Assembly: GCA_020891255.1 (NCBI GenBank)
Contig: BQFW01000001.1
Coordinates: 2,604,001-2,668,000, forward strand
Source of the DNA: Entomortierella parvispora E1425
Taxonomy: Eukaryota; Fungi; Mortierellomycota
DNA: 64,000 bases
Reading direction: 5' to 3'
Positions 50,297 to 62,010 of this stretch are shown one piece after another. The position numbers were made by a program, and so were the translations under genes. The notes below the pieces were generated by a model, which was not told the DNA's origin, made no database searches, and saw only the letters and a program-made list of their open reading frames with translations. The stretch's first letter is position 1. Every line of letters starts with the position of its first letter.

Positions 50297-51681
50297 TCTT
50301 GACAATAATGATAATGAAGACTCTTGTGTATCTGGCAGCCGAGTGAGTTGGGTTCGGAAGGATCGTGTTAGGTAACAGAGGTAGCAGCGCTGTAGAGGAA
50401 AATAGAGGTGGGGTGAAGTGTTGGAGTTGACTGCATGGACGACAAGAGCGGAAATACACTGGCTATGAAGAAGAGGGAACAAGTCCAAACGCTGCCGTTG
50501 ATGGCCGACAGTCTTTATATGAACACAATCGCGTCCCTCGACGATCCCAACGAGATGTTACCGGAAAACGAGGCATTTTTTTCTCTTTTTCTTTGAGCAT
50601 TGCGCCGCCACTCTCCAGTGAGGCAAATGAATAATCGCGCAACTGAACATCGTGGTCGGAGGTTGCATCGAACGAGAGCGAGAGCTGCTACAGATCAAAG
50701 CTGGATGGTGGGGAGGAAGATTCTGTCCTCTCGCCCGAGTTTACCTGTGCACCTGCGCGTCTTCTTGGTTCTTCTTCCTTTACTCAGACCGGTGACACTT
50801 GTTCTGAAGGGGAAAAAAAAAAAAAGAGTTTCTTTTTTTCAAATAAGATGAGCCGGGTGGAGCACCATCTTTCAAGAGGCATGCAGCTCTGCTGGAAGTG
50901 AGATGACAGTACAGCCCAACCATGAAGAGAACCTCCTTGTCGTACGTGTGTGGGATCCTGGAGTGTTGGTTGATGAGTGGATTTCAAGGTGGTTCTCCAC
51001 AGTCAGTGCAACAGTCACGAGATGAAAGGAAGAACCATCCAACTTAACCAGGGATCCACAGCTACACAGCAATTGCTAACGCTCTCAACAGCATCAACAG
51101 CCACTAGATGACAACAATTGACAATGGGCAGCAAACAGGGGCCGTCGTGTGTCGTAAGCACCTAGGGAATCCACTCGACCAAAATCCAAGCAGACTAGAA
51201 TCAGCTTCCGCCTAGCATTTGCATGCATCCACGTTGGCTGCAGCAAACAGCTTCAGCAGATGCAGCAGAGCCAGCCATGTCCTCGATGACCATATCTCCA
51301 ATGGCCCTTTTGTCGACCCAAAAGAGCTGTCAACCATCCGCCCACCCACTAAACTCATGCCTCCACGCTGGAAATCGATTCGTCGGAAGGTTTTTTTCTA
51401 TTGGAAATTCAGGAACACACACGGACCTCCAGAGGGGGCAAATTGACACACCAACCGTCAGCAGCATGCCACAGCAACAAAATGCAATTGCATGAATGCA
51501 CAACAATAGTCCGATAGAAGGGGAGGAATGAGACGCGAGGATGGCTCTCAGTTTTTTTTAATATTCACAATTGTCTTCAATTCTCTCCACTAATCTTACC
51601 ACAGCACCTAGTTCACTTCTCCCTCGACTGCACATTCGAGCTCTTTCACGAGGTCGTTCAATGCTTTGCTAGAGTACCTTT

Positions 51682-53856
51682 TTAAGAGCTAGCAGCATAG
51701 AAGCACCATGGGCCTGCGGTACCGCTGGGGAGAGGGCTCCAACAGCAGGTCGTGGACTGGCACTCGGCCTGGGTGATGCCGACATAGCCGCAGTCCGTGC
51801 GGTTGGCGACAGCAACGTTGCAAGAGTCGGTGATGGGAGGTGTGGGAGTACCAGCAAGAGTAGACAGAGCGGTATCGCGGGCAAACTTGGCCGTGATCAA
51901 GGCGGCGTAGGACCAGGTCAAGTGGTGGGCTCCCTGGCGGACACCGCTGACGGGGTTGAATTGTTCAGTCATCATCTGGTCCGATCCCATCCAGTACGAG
52001 AGAGTGTCCAAGTAAGCATCTGCCTCGCCAAAGAGGTTGTTGACAAGGGTGTTCAAGTCAGAGCCAGAGATGGTGCCGCCCACAGAGGCAGAGACACCAA
52101 AGTACTCGTAAACTTGCTGGTTGTTGGATGTGACCGAGGCGGATCCGGCCGTGAAGAGAGAGGTGGCGGCATCATAGTAGAACTCGGCCATACCTGCGGT
52201 TGCCAGCAACCAAGCTCCGGCGCCATTGTTGTTCACACCATCTGTTTGGAAATAGAGAGAAAGAGACAGAGAAGTTGACTTTGTCAGTTATCGAATAAAG
52301 AACAGACAAGGACAAAAGGCTATTCATCGTGATTAACTTACCATCACCGTTGTAGACATCCTCCATGTAACGACCGACCGTAGGAGCGTAGGCAGAACGC
52401 TGCTGGTTAATGGCAAATTGACCCTTGAAGAAACGGGCATAGCGCCAGACAGTGAGCATGACCTGATCGTTCGTGGGTGAGTTGTAGTTGTCAGTATCGA
52501 ACGAATGGATTGAGCCCAACAAGATGGCGGCATCAGGGCTCTTTCGGCCACTAATGTTCATCATTTGATTAATGTAGCCGGCGGTGGAGTTCCAATGGTC
52601 GGCCATCATGCCCTCGAGGGCCGACGCCGTGTTCTCGTAGCTGCTGACCAAGCTCGAGTTGGACACCCACGAGCTGAAGTAATCCTTGCCCGCAATGAGA
52701 CCACGGCGCTGCACAATCTCGGTGTACCAGTGCTGGGCCGACTTTTCCTCCCAGAGATCAAAGCAGGTGGTACCAGTGATGCAGGCGTTGGCGTAGTTGC
52801 GAACAATGTAGTCGAGATCTCTTTGGAGCTGCGAGCTGAGGCTGGTCGCGTAGGCGGTATCACCGGTAGCGGCGACATAGGCATCCAAGAAACGCTTGAT
52901 GGCGCGCACACGGAGACCGGGGCCATCGTTCTGAGGGCGGCCCCAGGATCCGGTAAAGGCCGAACCGTCCACGTTGAACTTTGGTTCTCCGACATTGTCG
53001 AGGATGTTGCCAGTAATGTTGACCGTGGGGTTGGTTCGGGAAGCGAGACCGGCCTCAAAAGTGATCCAGGCCTGCAGCTTGGACAAGTAGAGGTCGGCGT
53101 TGGTAGTATCACCCGAGGCGATGGCGTTGGCATACAACCTCGCAATGGTATCCATTGTCAGGGAACTGTCGCGGGCCCAATGGTACCAGTAGTCGGGGTT
53201 CTACAAAAGAAGAAAGAGAAATGGCAAAACTGCTTTGATAAGAGGGAGCCGTACTTGCGATTGGGTACATTTGTGCAGAAAGGGAAGAAAAAAATAGCTT
53301 CGTGATCGTGTTTCTGGCACCACTGGCATGCGTGCACGAGCCTAATGAAAGGTTGAGAGCATCAAATACAGTAGTGCAAAAAGCTTACGCTGGTCGACTG
53401 GGCGGCCACAACGGCACCCGCAACGGCGCCTGGAGGGGCGAGAGCATTCAGCAATTGAGTAACGGAGTACGAGTACTGGTTGTTCAACCAAGTGGCGATC
53501 GTGTTGCGGTCGGGGGCTGCGGGACGGGTAGAGTTGGAGGGAGAGGTGTAGTAGCACCAAGCACCGCCGTCATAGACTGGAGTCCAGCAGCAGCTGGAGG
53601 CAGTACAAGTTGACTCGGTGGAGCCAATGCTTCCACAATCCAGGCGACTGTCGCTAGCTAGAAGATTGAAGTGAGGAGATACAGACAACCTGGTGGGTTA
53701 GCTCTTGGTTGCGAGCAGCCATTGAAGGCGAAACACTTGCAAATGGCTCCTGAATGTTGGCGACGTACGGAGATCACTGCAGGTAGCGCGCTCGAAGAGA
53801 ATAGGGGAAGCTTGGGCCAGGACAATGGCCGCAGAGATCAAGAGGAAGGAGCGCAT
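51682..53856 (-). CDS. Secreted GH15 glucoamylase with N- and C-terminal P-type trefoil domains, multi-exon
   Basis: Signal peptide MRSFLLISAAIVLAQA; GH15 motifs NPDYWYHWARDS, GEPKFNVDG, WGRPQNDGP, FDLWEE, TEQF and LTWSYAA; two six-Cys trefoil-type domains. Confidence 0.92.
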
Positions 53857-55695
53857 GACGGATTGGGAGGATCAATTGAGAGGAATCGAAGATCAGGGGT
53901 GAAGGGAGGTGAGGATTGCAGGCGAGAGAGACTTTGGAGGTGAGGAGCCGAAAAAAGAAGAAAAAAAAAGAAAGGAGGATGGTCTTTCGTTCTTTTTATA
54001 CTTGAGATTTTCGTTTCTAGCAATGAGCTATGTCGCCAAAGTGGGCAGATTGCGTCTAGGGATGGGATGCAGTTAGCGAAATGCATGTAGACAAGCAACA
54101 ACATGCGGAATCAAGATAACGAACCCTCTGGGCCCATGTTCTCTCTGTCTGTTGACAAAAGTCTGCGAAAACCTCCCCCCCACAAAACCAGTCGAGGTGC
54201 GACCGCTTGAAAATGGGGCCAGACGAACATTGGTTGCTCCCCACAGTCGCACAAGAATATGGAAAGCTGCAAGCGACAATCTGAAGTCCGTCAGGGGGAA
54301 AAGGGCCAAAGGGAGCTATTGCCTTTTGTCTGTTCGGCAGTATGCCCATAGATGGATGCAGCTCATGGGAATTCAGAGCTAAATAGTCATCTCGCACCTC
54401 TCGACAACTTGTCTTCATAGAAGCGCATGTGAAGAATGTACTCCAAGAGTGTGGAGGAACTTGCTCTTTCTCCGCTCTACCTCTCGTGTCCAGCCCCGAC
54501 AAAGAGTCTTTTCAATCAGGGTCGGTGGAGACGTATATCCCTTGCTTCGTACAACGGAAGCCACGGGCAAGTTTTCAAAGGCAGTGACGTAAAAAAGAGT
54601 ACATACAACCACCAGAAAGATAAGAGCGAAGCAAGAGAAGAAGGGAAAGATATCATGGGAAGATACCATGAGAGCAACAAACAACAAAAAAAGCGCAAGG
54701 ATTCGCGCCCACGGAGCATGCGCTTTAGCCAATCGAATCCGCCCCGGACCTGACCCTGAACCATGGCTGCAGGGCCGTTTTTAGTGTGTCCCTATCAACC
54801 CCACAAATCCCGATCGAACAGGCTCTGCTTCCCTTTGCGCCTTTCGTTTTCTTTTGCACGGGTCATGAAAACCTGCCTAAACGGGCCAGGTGATCTTATC
54901 GTTCAACCACGGCAAAATGAGCCGACCGCTTCTCTTGACAGAGGTGGAAATGGGCCTCTTCTGGCCTGCTCTAATTATCCGCTCCCTATTCTCTCAGTTC
55001 GCTTTCCAGCTCCCTAGTTCCATAGGACCACCTCCCGGATTCACGGTTCTCAGAACTGTGTCCAGGAATCCGCTTCTATCATCCTTTCATCGTCCATGTT
55101 GCTCTCCTGTTCCTTTGGTTCCTGATTGATCTTGCCCTCAATTGCTCTCTTCTCTCGTTCCCGAGCGCTACACCTGCCCAATGTGCCTGCACTTATCACA
55201 TATCCAGTGATAAGTTCCTGCCCCATGGCCCATTCGCCTTACTCGCCTTATTCTTCCACTTTGCTTGCTTCTGACTCATCATTTTTTTTTTGGGGGGGGG
55301 GGGTACCCACATCATGGTTCGAGTCGACCCAAGTAGTATCTTGAGTGAAACGCCACGTCCTTTCAGGCTGCGAACGCCCGCAGTGGCTGTGTGACTCTCA
55401 TTTCGAGATTGATCCGAAACCTGGTTGTTTGTTGGTACTTGATTCTCCGACCTAGCAAACATCGCCAAACACGACCGCGCAGAACCCCATTGACCCTGTT
55501 CAGTGGCGTCTCACCCGGTGCCCCTGACTGCCCCTGGTACCTGAGTTTACCTGGGACCCAGAGCTTATTAGGGTCCATCCTCGGTAGCTCGTTCAAAAAT
55601 AAATATAAATACCTTGACCAAGTTTGTGCAAAAAGAGATCATCACTCAACCTCCACACCTTCTTCTACACTCACCCACTTCCACAACTTTTCATC

Positions 55696-56139
55696 ATGGC
55701 CAAGTTTACCTCCCTCTTCCTCATTGCCACTGCCGCTATTGCCTCCCTTTCCTCGGCAGCTCCCGTCGCCTGCCCCGTCCCCGAGCCCACCGTTGACGCC
55801 CAAAGCGATGTCTTTGCCACCTCGGTCAGACATACCGGCAAGGCCACCTGGTTCACTGACTCGTATGGCGCCTGCAACGTCCACTGGGACGGTAACGTTG
55901 AGCCCATCGTCGCCTTGAACGCTCACCAGATGGGTGCCCAGTCCTGGGGCAACCCCGCCTGCGGCCACAAGGTCCGCATCACCAACAAGGCCAACCACAA
56001 GACCGTGGTTGCTCGCATCGTCGACAAGTGCCCCGGTGACGAGTGCGCCTGGGGTTCTTTGGACTTGAGCCCTGCTGCCTTCACCCAGATTGGTGACTTG
56101 GACACTGGTGTCCTCGAGATCGAGTGGAACTACATCTAA
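55696..56139 (+). CDS. Secreted RlpA-like double-psi beta-barrel (expansin/loosenin-like) protein
   Basis: Signal peptide; GKATWF, GAC, IVALN, CGHKVRI, IVDKCP and LDLSPAAF..IG. Confidence 0.9.
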   Translation: MAKFTSLFLIATAAIASLSSAAPVACPVPEPTVDAQSDVFATSVRHTGKATWFTDSYGACNVHWDGNVEPIVALNAHQMGAQSWGNPACGHKVRITNKANHKTVVARIVDKCPGDECAWGSLDLSPAAFTQIGDLDTGVLEIEWNYI

Positions 56140-56639
56140 ATTGGATAGTCCCTCTATTTCATTTTTTTTTTTATACCCGAATCGGCTGGCCCGATTCGAA
56201 TCTCCATCCTTCCTCGAAAAAAGAACCATTCTCCTCGACGTATTAATATTACAATAAACAAACACAAAAAAAAAGATCAATTGTTCAATGCCTTTCATGT
56301 TTGGCGCCTGCAGATCCAGTCCAATGTTCTTGCGAATCAATTGGCCTCAACAAGAACAAAGAGGAGTAACGCAATAGCTTTATGACCGACGGCGAAACTC
56401 CGAGAAAAGTAAACAACTTATTAATAAATGTTTTGAAAGAAAAAAATCTCTAGATGATTGCAGGAGGCCCGAGTCATCTGAACCTGCGCCGTCGCTGCGG
56501 GTAGGCTTTGACAGTTGTTGGTTCTTTATTTTTTGACCTGACAAACATTACCACATACGACCACGCAGAACCTCGATAGCCTCCCCTAGTGGTATCTCAC
56601 CGCCGGTGCCCCTGGATGCGCCTACTCCCTGAAAAGACC

Positions 56640-58763
56640 TCATCTTTTAATGTCATGTCTATCGACTCTCGAAACACTGAGATCTTTCAGGAATCGGAAC
56701 CTGAACCGAAGCTGCTTCTCCCAATCATCGACATGCACTTTTGCCTGGATCGTTGGATCACCCACTTTAGGCGATTGACAGACATGTAATCGCTCCAGCA
56801 GAGGTGTCTCTGCCATGCAATAGTTGTCCCAAAGAGAGCTGTGGCTGGCAGTACTGTCCAAGGGGACCTGCAGAGCAGCTCGACCAAGACCTTCAAAGAA
56901 AGAGAGATCCATCATGGCATTCAGTATCTCGAGATCAACCAATCGTGGAAGCAGACGTAGAAACGATCTCATGAAGACCAAAGTGCTGGGCCTGACTTTG
57001 TCCAGATCCGATGTGGGATCATTAATAGATCTTAGAGAGAGTCGCGTCAGGGTTCTGGACCAAGGTAAGGCGACAGAGAGGTCCTTTTGAGTCATTCTCC
57101 AGTCCTGCCTTTGTTGTTTTTTCTGCCCCTTTTTGGGTGTCTCCTCTTGTTTTCCTTCCCTCTCCTTCTCTTTCTGTTGTCCCATTTTCTCCGATCTGGA
57201 GGCTTTATCAGAGACGGTCAGGGCGACTTGAGTCCGGGTTCGACTCTCGAAGAATGCAGCTGAGGATCTTAGAGCTGTCGAGATACTCTGATAAGAGAAA
57301 GAGCTTCTCAAGGTTCTGACAAAATCGCGAGTTCAGAACTTTACAAACCCATTCCAGGTTGTCGCTGTAGACCATGAGCTGGGAGGTCGTAACGCCCTTC
57401 TGGGTCAGGGTCGTTACCAAGTTCACCATGGAGTTCAGATATCTCGGATCTCTGGTGAAGGGTAAACGGAAAGAGATCAATTCGAATCCTCCTTTTTCTT
57501 GCAGTGTCTGAGGTTTCCTCCTTGAGATCCAGGTTTGTAAAAGTCGAGAGCAAGTATAGCTCTCGAGACAATTGAGGTCTATATCCATCTTTCTTAAGTT
57601 GGGCATGGGGACAGGACATGGGAATGGTTGTAATGAATATGGGTCTCCTGCCTCCGATGGTATGTCAATGCTGTCGTTGGTAGTGTTGGCGGTGTTGGTG
57701 GCGTTGGCGATGACATGAAGATCCTCTGCAACAGCCCATATCCTGCGACTTGGATCGATGGTCAAACACTCGACGTTGGAAAAGAGGTCCAGGATTGCCA
57801 GTTTAACTGCCTGACTGACCCAACGTCGCACGGATAGCGTCTTCACCGTGGGGGGAAGATGTTGGTGGCACCGTGGCTCTCCTTGTTGTGTCTCCGTTGG
57901 TGGATCCTGGATCTCGACCGCTTTCATCGGGTCCTGGATGTCGATACACCTGATACTAAAAATCTCGAGTTTCCGGAGATCACAGGCACAGTCTCGGAGG
58001 GCCTCAAAGGACATGGGCAGCCTTTTTCGCAAATCTCCAACAATCTCCAAAGACCGCAGCGTTCCTGCGGCAGCGCTGTATCTCAACCGGTTCATAAAGT
58101 TGTCCATAAAGTTGTCAGCGTCTACACGTGTGTGCATTCCCTGGCTAATCTTTAAGGATTCCAGTCGGCTGAGAAGCAGCCCCTCAAGCGGCAAGATGTC
58201 CCATTGACTCCAAGGAAACACATCCTGGTCTTGCCCCCCTTCTCCTATATTGTCCCCCATGCTGATGGCTGTGGTTTCCTTTGCGATGACGCCTGTTGAC
58301 CAAGTCAATCGAGGAAGATGGAAAGATTGCTCACGCCAATGGTCAGAGCTGAGTCCTCCTCGGCCTATGTCCCCAATGTCGACATGACGTAGATGCGACA
58401 GGAGTTGAGTGCAGGCAAGATCATTTGCAGGGACAACTGCTCCTCATGACGGGAGTCCTGATTCTGCAAATGTAGATTTCTGAATTCGAGGCGTTGGACT
58501 TGATCCAGTGGATGCCATTCTGTCGCTCCTGTATCTGCTGACGTTATGCTCGCTGTGGCCTCGAACAGTGTTTGAAAGCAAGAGTGCCGGTCCAAGCTGT
58601 TGGCGTTGAATTTGATCGAAAAGTAGGGAGCACAGAGGAGAAGAGTGGTTTTGTTGGCGGCACGGAGGGAGTGAAGGGCCGAGGGGTCCATGAACTGAAC
58701 GATGGCTGCGAAAAGCTCTGGGATCCTGAAGACTCGGGACCAAGGCTGGTCTCTTTTGGACAT
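56640..58763 (-). pseudogene. F-box-like/LRR paralogue of 58996-60867 with two frameshifts
   Basis: MSKRDQPWSRVFRIPEL start. Frame changes near 58395 and near 57230. The C-terminus (TLTRL, FMRS.LR, DLS.F.GLGRA, FRFL) matches the neighbour. Confidence 0.75.
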
Positions 58764-58995
58764 ACTGTTGGGCGGATGGATGGGAAACAAAAGAAAGAAA
58801 GAAGATCGAACCACTGGTGACCCCTCTTCCCTTTTGCCTGGTGAGGCAGTGTAGATTTTTTTTTTTGGGATCGGTGATGTGCATCGATCGCATGCAGGAC
58901 GGTCCAGCCGTCTGATGGCGCGTGTTTTATTACCCCTTCCATGTAATGTGCCACTACGACGAGATGGATTTAATGAAAGTCTGATAGACAGCAGA

Positions 58996-60867
58996 CTAGA
59001 CCACCAGCTCTTCCAAGAATCGGAAGCGGTACTCCAGCTGAGAACGCCAGGAAAGCTGTTTTTCACTGCCCTTCGGCAACTGAAAGAGCGCCAGTCGTCT
59101 CAAATGCGGATACTCGTCTTCGTTGGGAAAGAGAGATTCAACTTTCTCTGCCGCATCGACATCTCTCTTGGGTGCTCTGCCCAAGCCATCAAAGAGCGAG
59201 AGATCCGTGATCCACTCCAACATCTCAAAATCAACGAGGTTTGGCGCGCACCGCAGGATCGACCGCATGAAATTCAGACTTCCAGGTTCCAGTATGGTAT
59301 CCATTCGACTATCCATGCCAGATGAAATACATAGGCGCGTAAGAGTGCCTATCCATTGGAAGTGACTCCGGAAACTCTCGCGAGTTACTTCAAGTCCAAG
59401 AATCCTTTGACTTTTCAAATACGACAGTGATTTGTTTTGAGGCTGCTCCTGGTGTACTGAGGATTTGAAAGCTGAGATAAGAATATCGGCGGATTCGATA
59501 CTCTTGGACTTGATTTCCAAAACCTCCAGCATACGACTGAGGTGTGTAGCAAGAAAGAGCGAAGCCACATCCTGACACCCAGTTTCGATGCGGAGACCCT
59601 TGTAGGTGATAGTTTTTGAAGTGAACGTGCGGATAAACTTCATGAGATAAAAGATGGAACTTTTATCGTGGTGCCGCTGTAGGTGGATTGAGTTCAATTG
59701 AAAGCCGGCCTGCCGTTCGATCCAATGCTGAAGAAATAGAGATCTGGATAAAAAATTACAAGATAAATCGGGAGCGCCCAGTGTTTTCAGGTGAGGGAAA
59801 GGGTTTGCCCGCTTCATTTGGAGGGTATTGTTACTGTTGCTGTCTTGAAGTAGCCACGGAGCGTGCAAAGCGGTATGGGGTAAGGATTTGGTAGAGCCTT
59901 GCGCTCCAAAGACCTGTCTCTCGGTCTCCGAGTCCAACAAGATATCCGTATGTCCCAAATCCAAGAGCTCGACATTTGGAAAGAGGTCCATGATTGGCAC
60001 CTTGAATTGTGGGGGTATATATCCGCTAAGAGCAAGCCTCCTGACTTTTAGCGAGACGCAGCCATCCTGTCTTTGTTTCAGTCGTCGCTGTAGCTGATGC
60101 TGTGAAGCTGGATCCTGCGAGTCGTTGTGGCCAGGATGGCTAACGGACATCATCCTCAGATCTGCTATCTTTACTGTTTCAAGAGCTTTCAAGGCGCAGA
60201 CACACTCTTGAAAAGGGTCGAATGAAAACTCTCTCCATCGTTCCTGGCTTCCAGTAATGGCCAGAGTGCGAAGAGTCTGTCCCGCGCAACTTTGGCTCAA
60301 TCGAATAAAGAAGTTGTCCAAACTGATGGGCAATGCCCCATCCACCCTGATAGTCAACGACTCAAGTCTGGATAGAAGGGATCCCTCGAGAGGCAAAAGG
60401 TGAACGGTGCTCCAGAGGGTACCGCCTAAATTCGAGAGGTCCGGCCAAAGTAGGATGGGGTCAGATTGTGCAGAGGAGTCTCCATCAAAGATCCCGGGTG
60501 GGTCGGCCATGTTGATGCGTCGGAGGTTACGGCACCGATTGAGGACAGATGCCAGTGGGGCTGAGGCTACAGCTTCGGACTGAACTTGACCGTTGAGCTT
60601 TAGCCCCTGGATCTGATCCAAGATGCTCAACCCATCCGCTGGTATAGAGCTTGCAGCTGCTACGTCGGCGATTTTTTCCAGATCCGGGTACCTTTTGGCG
60701 TTGGCAAGATCTAGCGAGATGACAAAGAAGGGGGAGCATCGATCCCGAAACGAGCGGCTGACAAGTCGAAGGATGAGGATGGTGATTGGTCCCACGAACT
60801 GAAAAACGGCGCCAGCGAGTTCAGGAATATCGAAGACCCTTGAGCACGGGGATTTGTTTCCTGACAT
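58996..60867 (-). CDS. F-box-like / degenerate LRR protein (623 aa)
   Basis: CSRVFDIPELAGAVFQFV...LRLVSRSF at the start of a long intronless ORF. Confidence 0.8.
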   Translation of the reverse strand: MSGNKSPCSRVFDIPELAGAVFQFVGPITILILRLVSRSFRDRCSPFFVISLDLANAKRYPDLEKIADVAAASSIPADGLSILDQIQGLKLNGQVQSEAVASAPLASVLNRCRNLRRINMADPPGIFDGDSSAQSDPILLWPDLSNLGGTLWSTVHLLPLEGSLLSRLESLTIRVDGALPISLDNFFIRLSQSCAGQTLRTLAITGSQERWREFSFDPFQECVCALKALETVKIADLRMMSVSHPGHNDSQDPASQHQLQRRLKQRQDGCVSLKVRRLALSGYIPPQFKVPIMDLFPNVELLDLGHTDILLDSETERQVFGAQGSTKSLPHTALHAPWLLQDSNSNNTLQMKRANPFPHLKTLGAPDLSCNFLSRSLFLQHWIERQAGFQLNSIHLQRHHDKSSIFYLMKFIRTFTSKTITYKGLRIETGCQDVASLFLATHLSRMLEVLEIKSKSIESADILISAFKSSVHQEQPQNKSLSYLKSQRILGLEVTRESFRSHFQWIGTLTRLCISSGMDSRMDTILEPGSLNFMRSILRCAPNLVDFEMLEWITDLSLFDGLGRAPKRDVDAAEKVESLFPNEDEYPHLRRLALFQLPKGSEKQLSWRSQLEYRFRFLEELVV

Positions 60868-62010
60868 CGGGTCCTTTGTGCTGGTTGAAATAGGCTGGGA
60901 GAACGTGCGGTTGAGAATAAAGAGGTTCCTTGCTGGTTTTTTTGTTTTTTTTGTCCACGCACTCTGTGGCAGTGCATGGCGAAGGCATGGGGAAGGACTG
61001 CTTTTTTTTTTTTTTTTTTTTTTGGATGGTTGAACCTGGTCTGGTTCACAGTGGTTGAATGTAGTTCAACTGGTAGAGATGGTGCTGGTGTATCCATGCA
61101 TGGAAGAAGAAAAAAAAACACGCGTGCAGTGCTCTCGTGTGCGTGTACGCGAGTGCCGAGTCGCTTGGGCAAGCTCCACCTGGTCATTTTGTCGACTTTT
61201 TGTTTTACGAGCTCTTTGACACTCGTTGAATGTGTCTATCCACTCCTCTATAGCCGTTGAGGAGTGCATCCAGCCAAGCTGAACTCGTTGAGGGGTGGAT
61301 TCGAGCACGGGATGATCGATTCGTCGATTCTTAAGGGGTCCATATGTGATTCATATATATACATCGTTCGGGCTTGGCTTTTCACTTTTTTTCGTCGCTC
61401 TTTCCGCCTTTCTCTCCATGGTGGCCCGACTGGTAAGTGCCTCTCCTTCAACCCACACTCCACCTTTGCCCCTTTCTGTTGTTCCGTTCTTGTATGTCCT
61501 TGGTTCACAACCACCATTCCTTTCCATGCTTCTCATGCTTTAATGACCGGCTTTCATTTCGACATTTTCTCTCACGCGTCAATGTCGACTGCGCCCGCCA
61601 GCTCAATGTTGATTCATTTCTCTCTATTCCTTGTATTTGCTTTTCCTTGGAAATAGTGGTTGCCTTGGTCGTGGCCTCGATCCATCTGTCTTGAACATGT
61701 ATGGTGTGCTTGCGGGTGGCTCTCTCTGGTAGGTTATGGCTCTTTTTTTGCTTTCGTGTTTGTTGCCTTTTGTGTATGTTGGCTGGTCATCTTCCATGCA
61801 TTCTCACAAGTTCCCTTTTCTCACTGAACGCTCTGCAGACTCTCTCGCATCGCTGGCCCCTGTTGCGTAGCGCCGCTCTGTGGTGGTTTCTGGTACACAA
61901 GTTAAGTATTGGTGTGGGTGTGTCTCTCTCTTGCTCTTCCATCCCTTTTCTTTCTTTCATCTCTTCATCAGATTCAGTTTTGGTGAGAGGATGAAGGGGA
62001 TTTCATGTTT

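Noticed and set aside
52565-53305. Antisense or overlapping ORFs on the GH15 gene (also 55642-56340 on the RlpA-like gene)
   Set aside because: Expected shadows of strongly codon-biased genes.
55316-55330. tRNA T-loop-like GGTTCGAGTC
   Set aside because: No cloverleaf or D-arm upstream; it is flanked by homopolymer runs.
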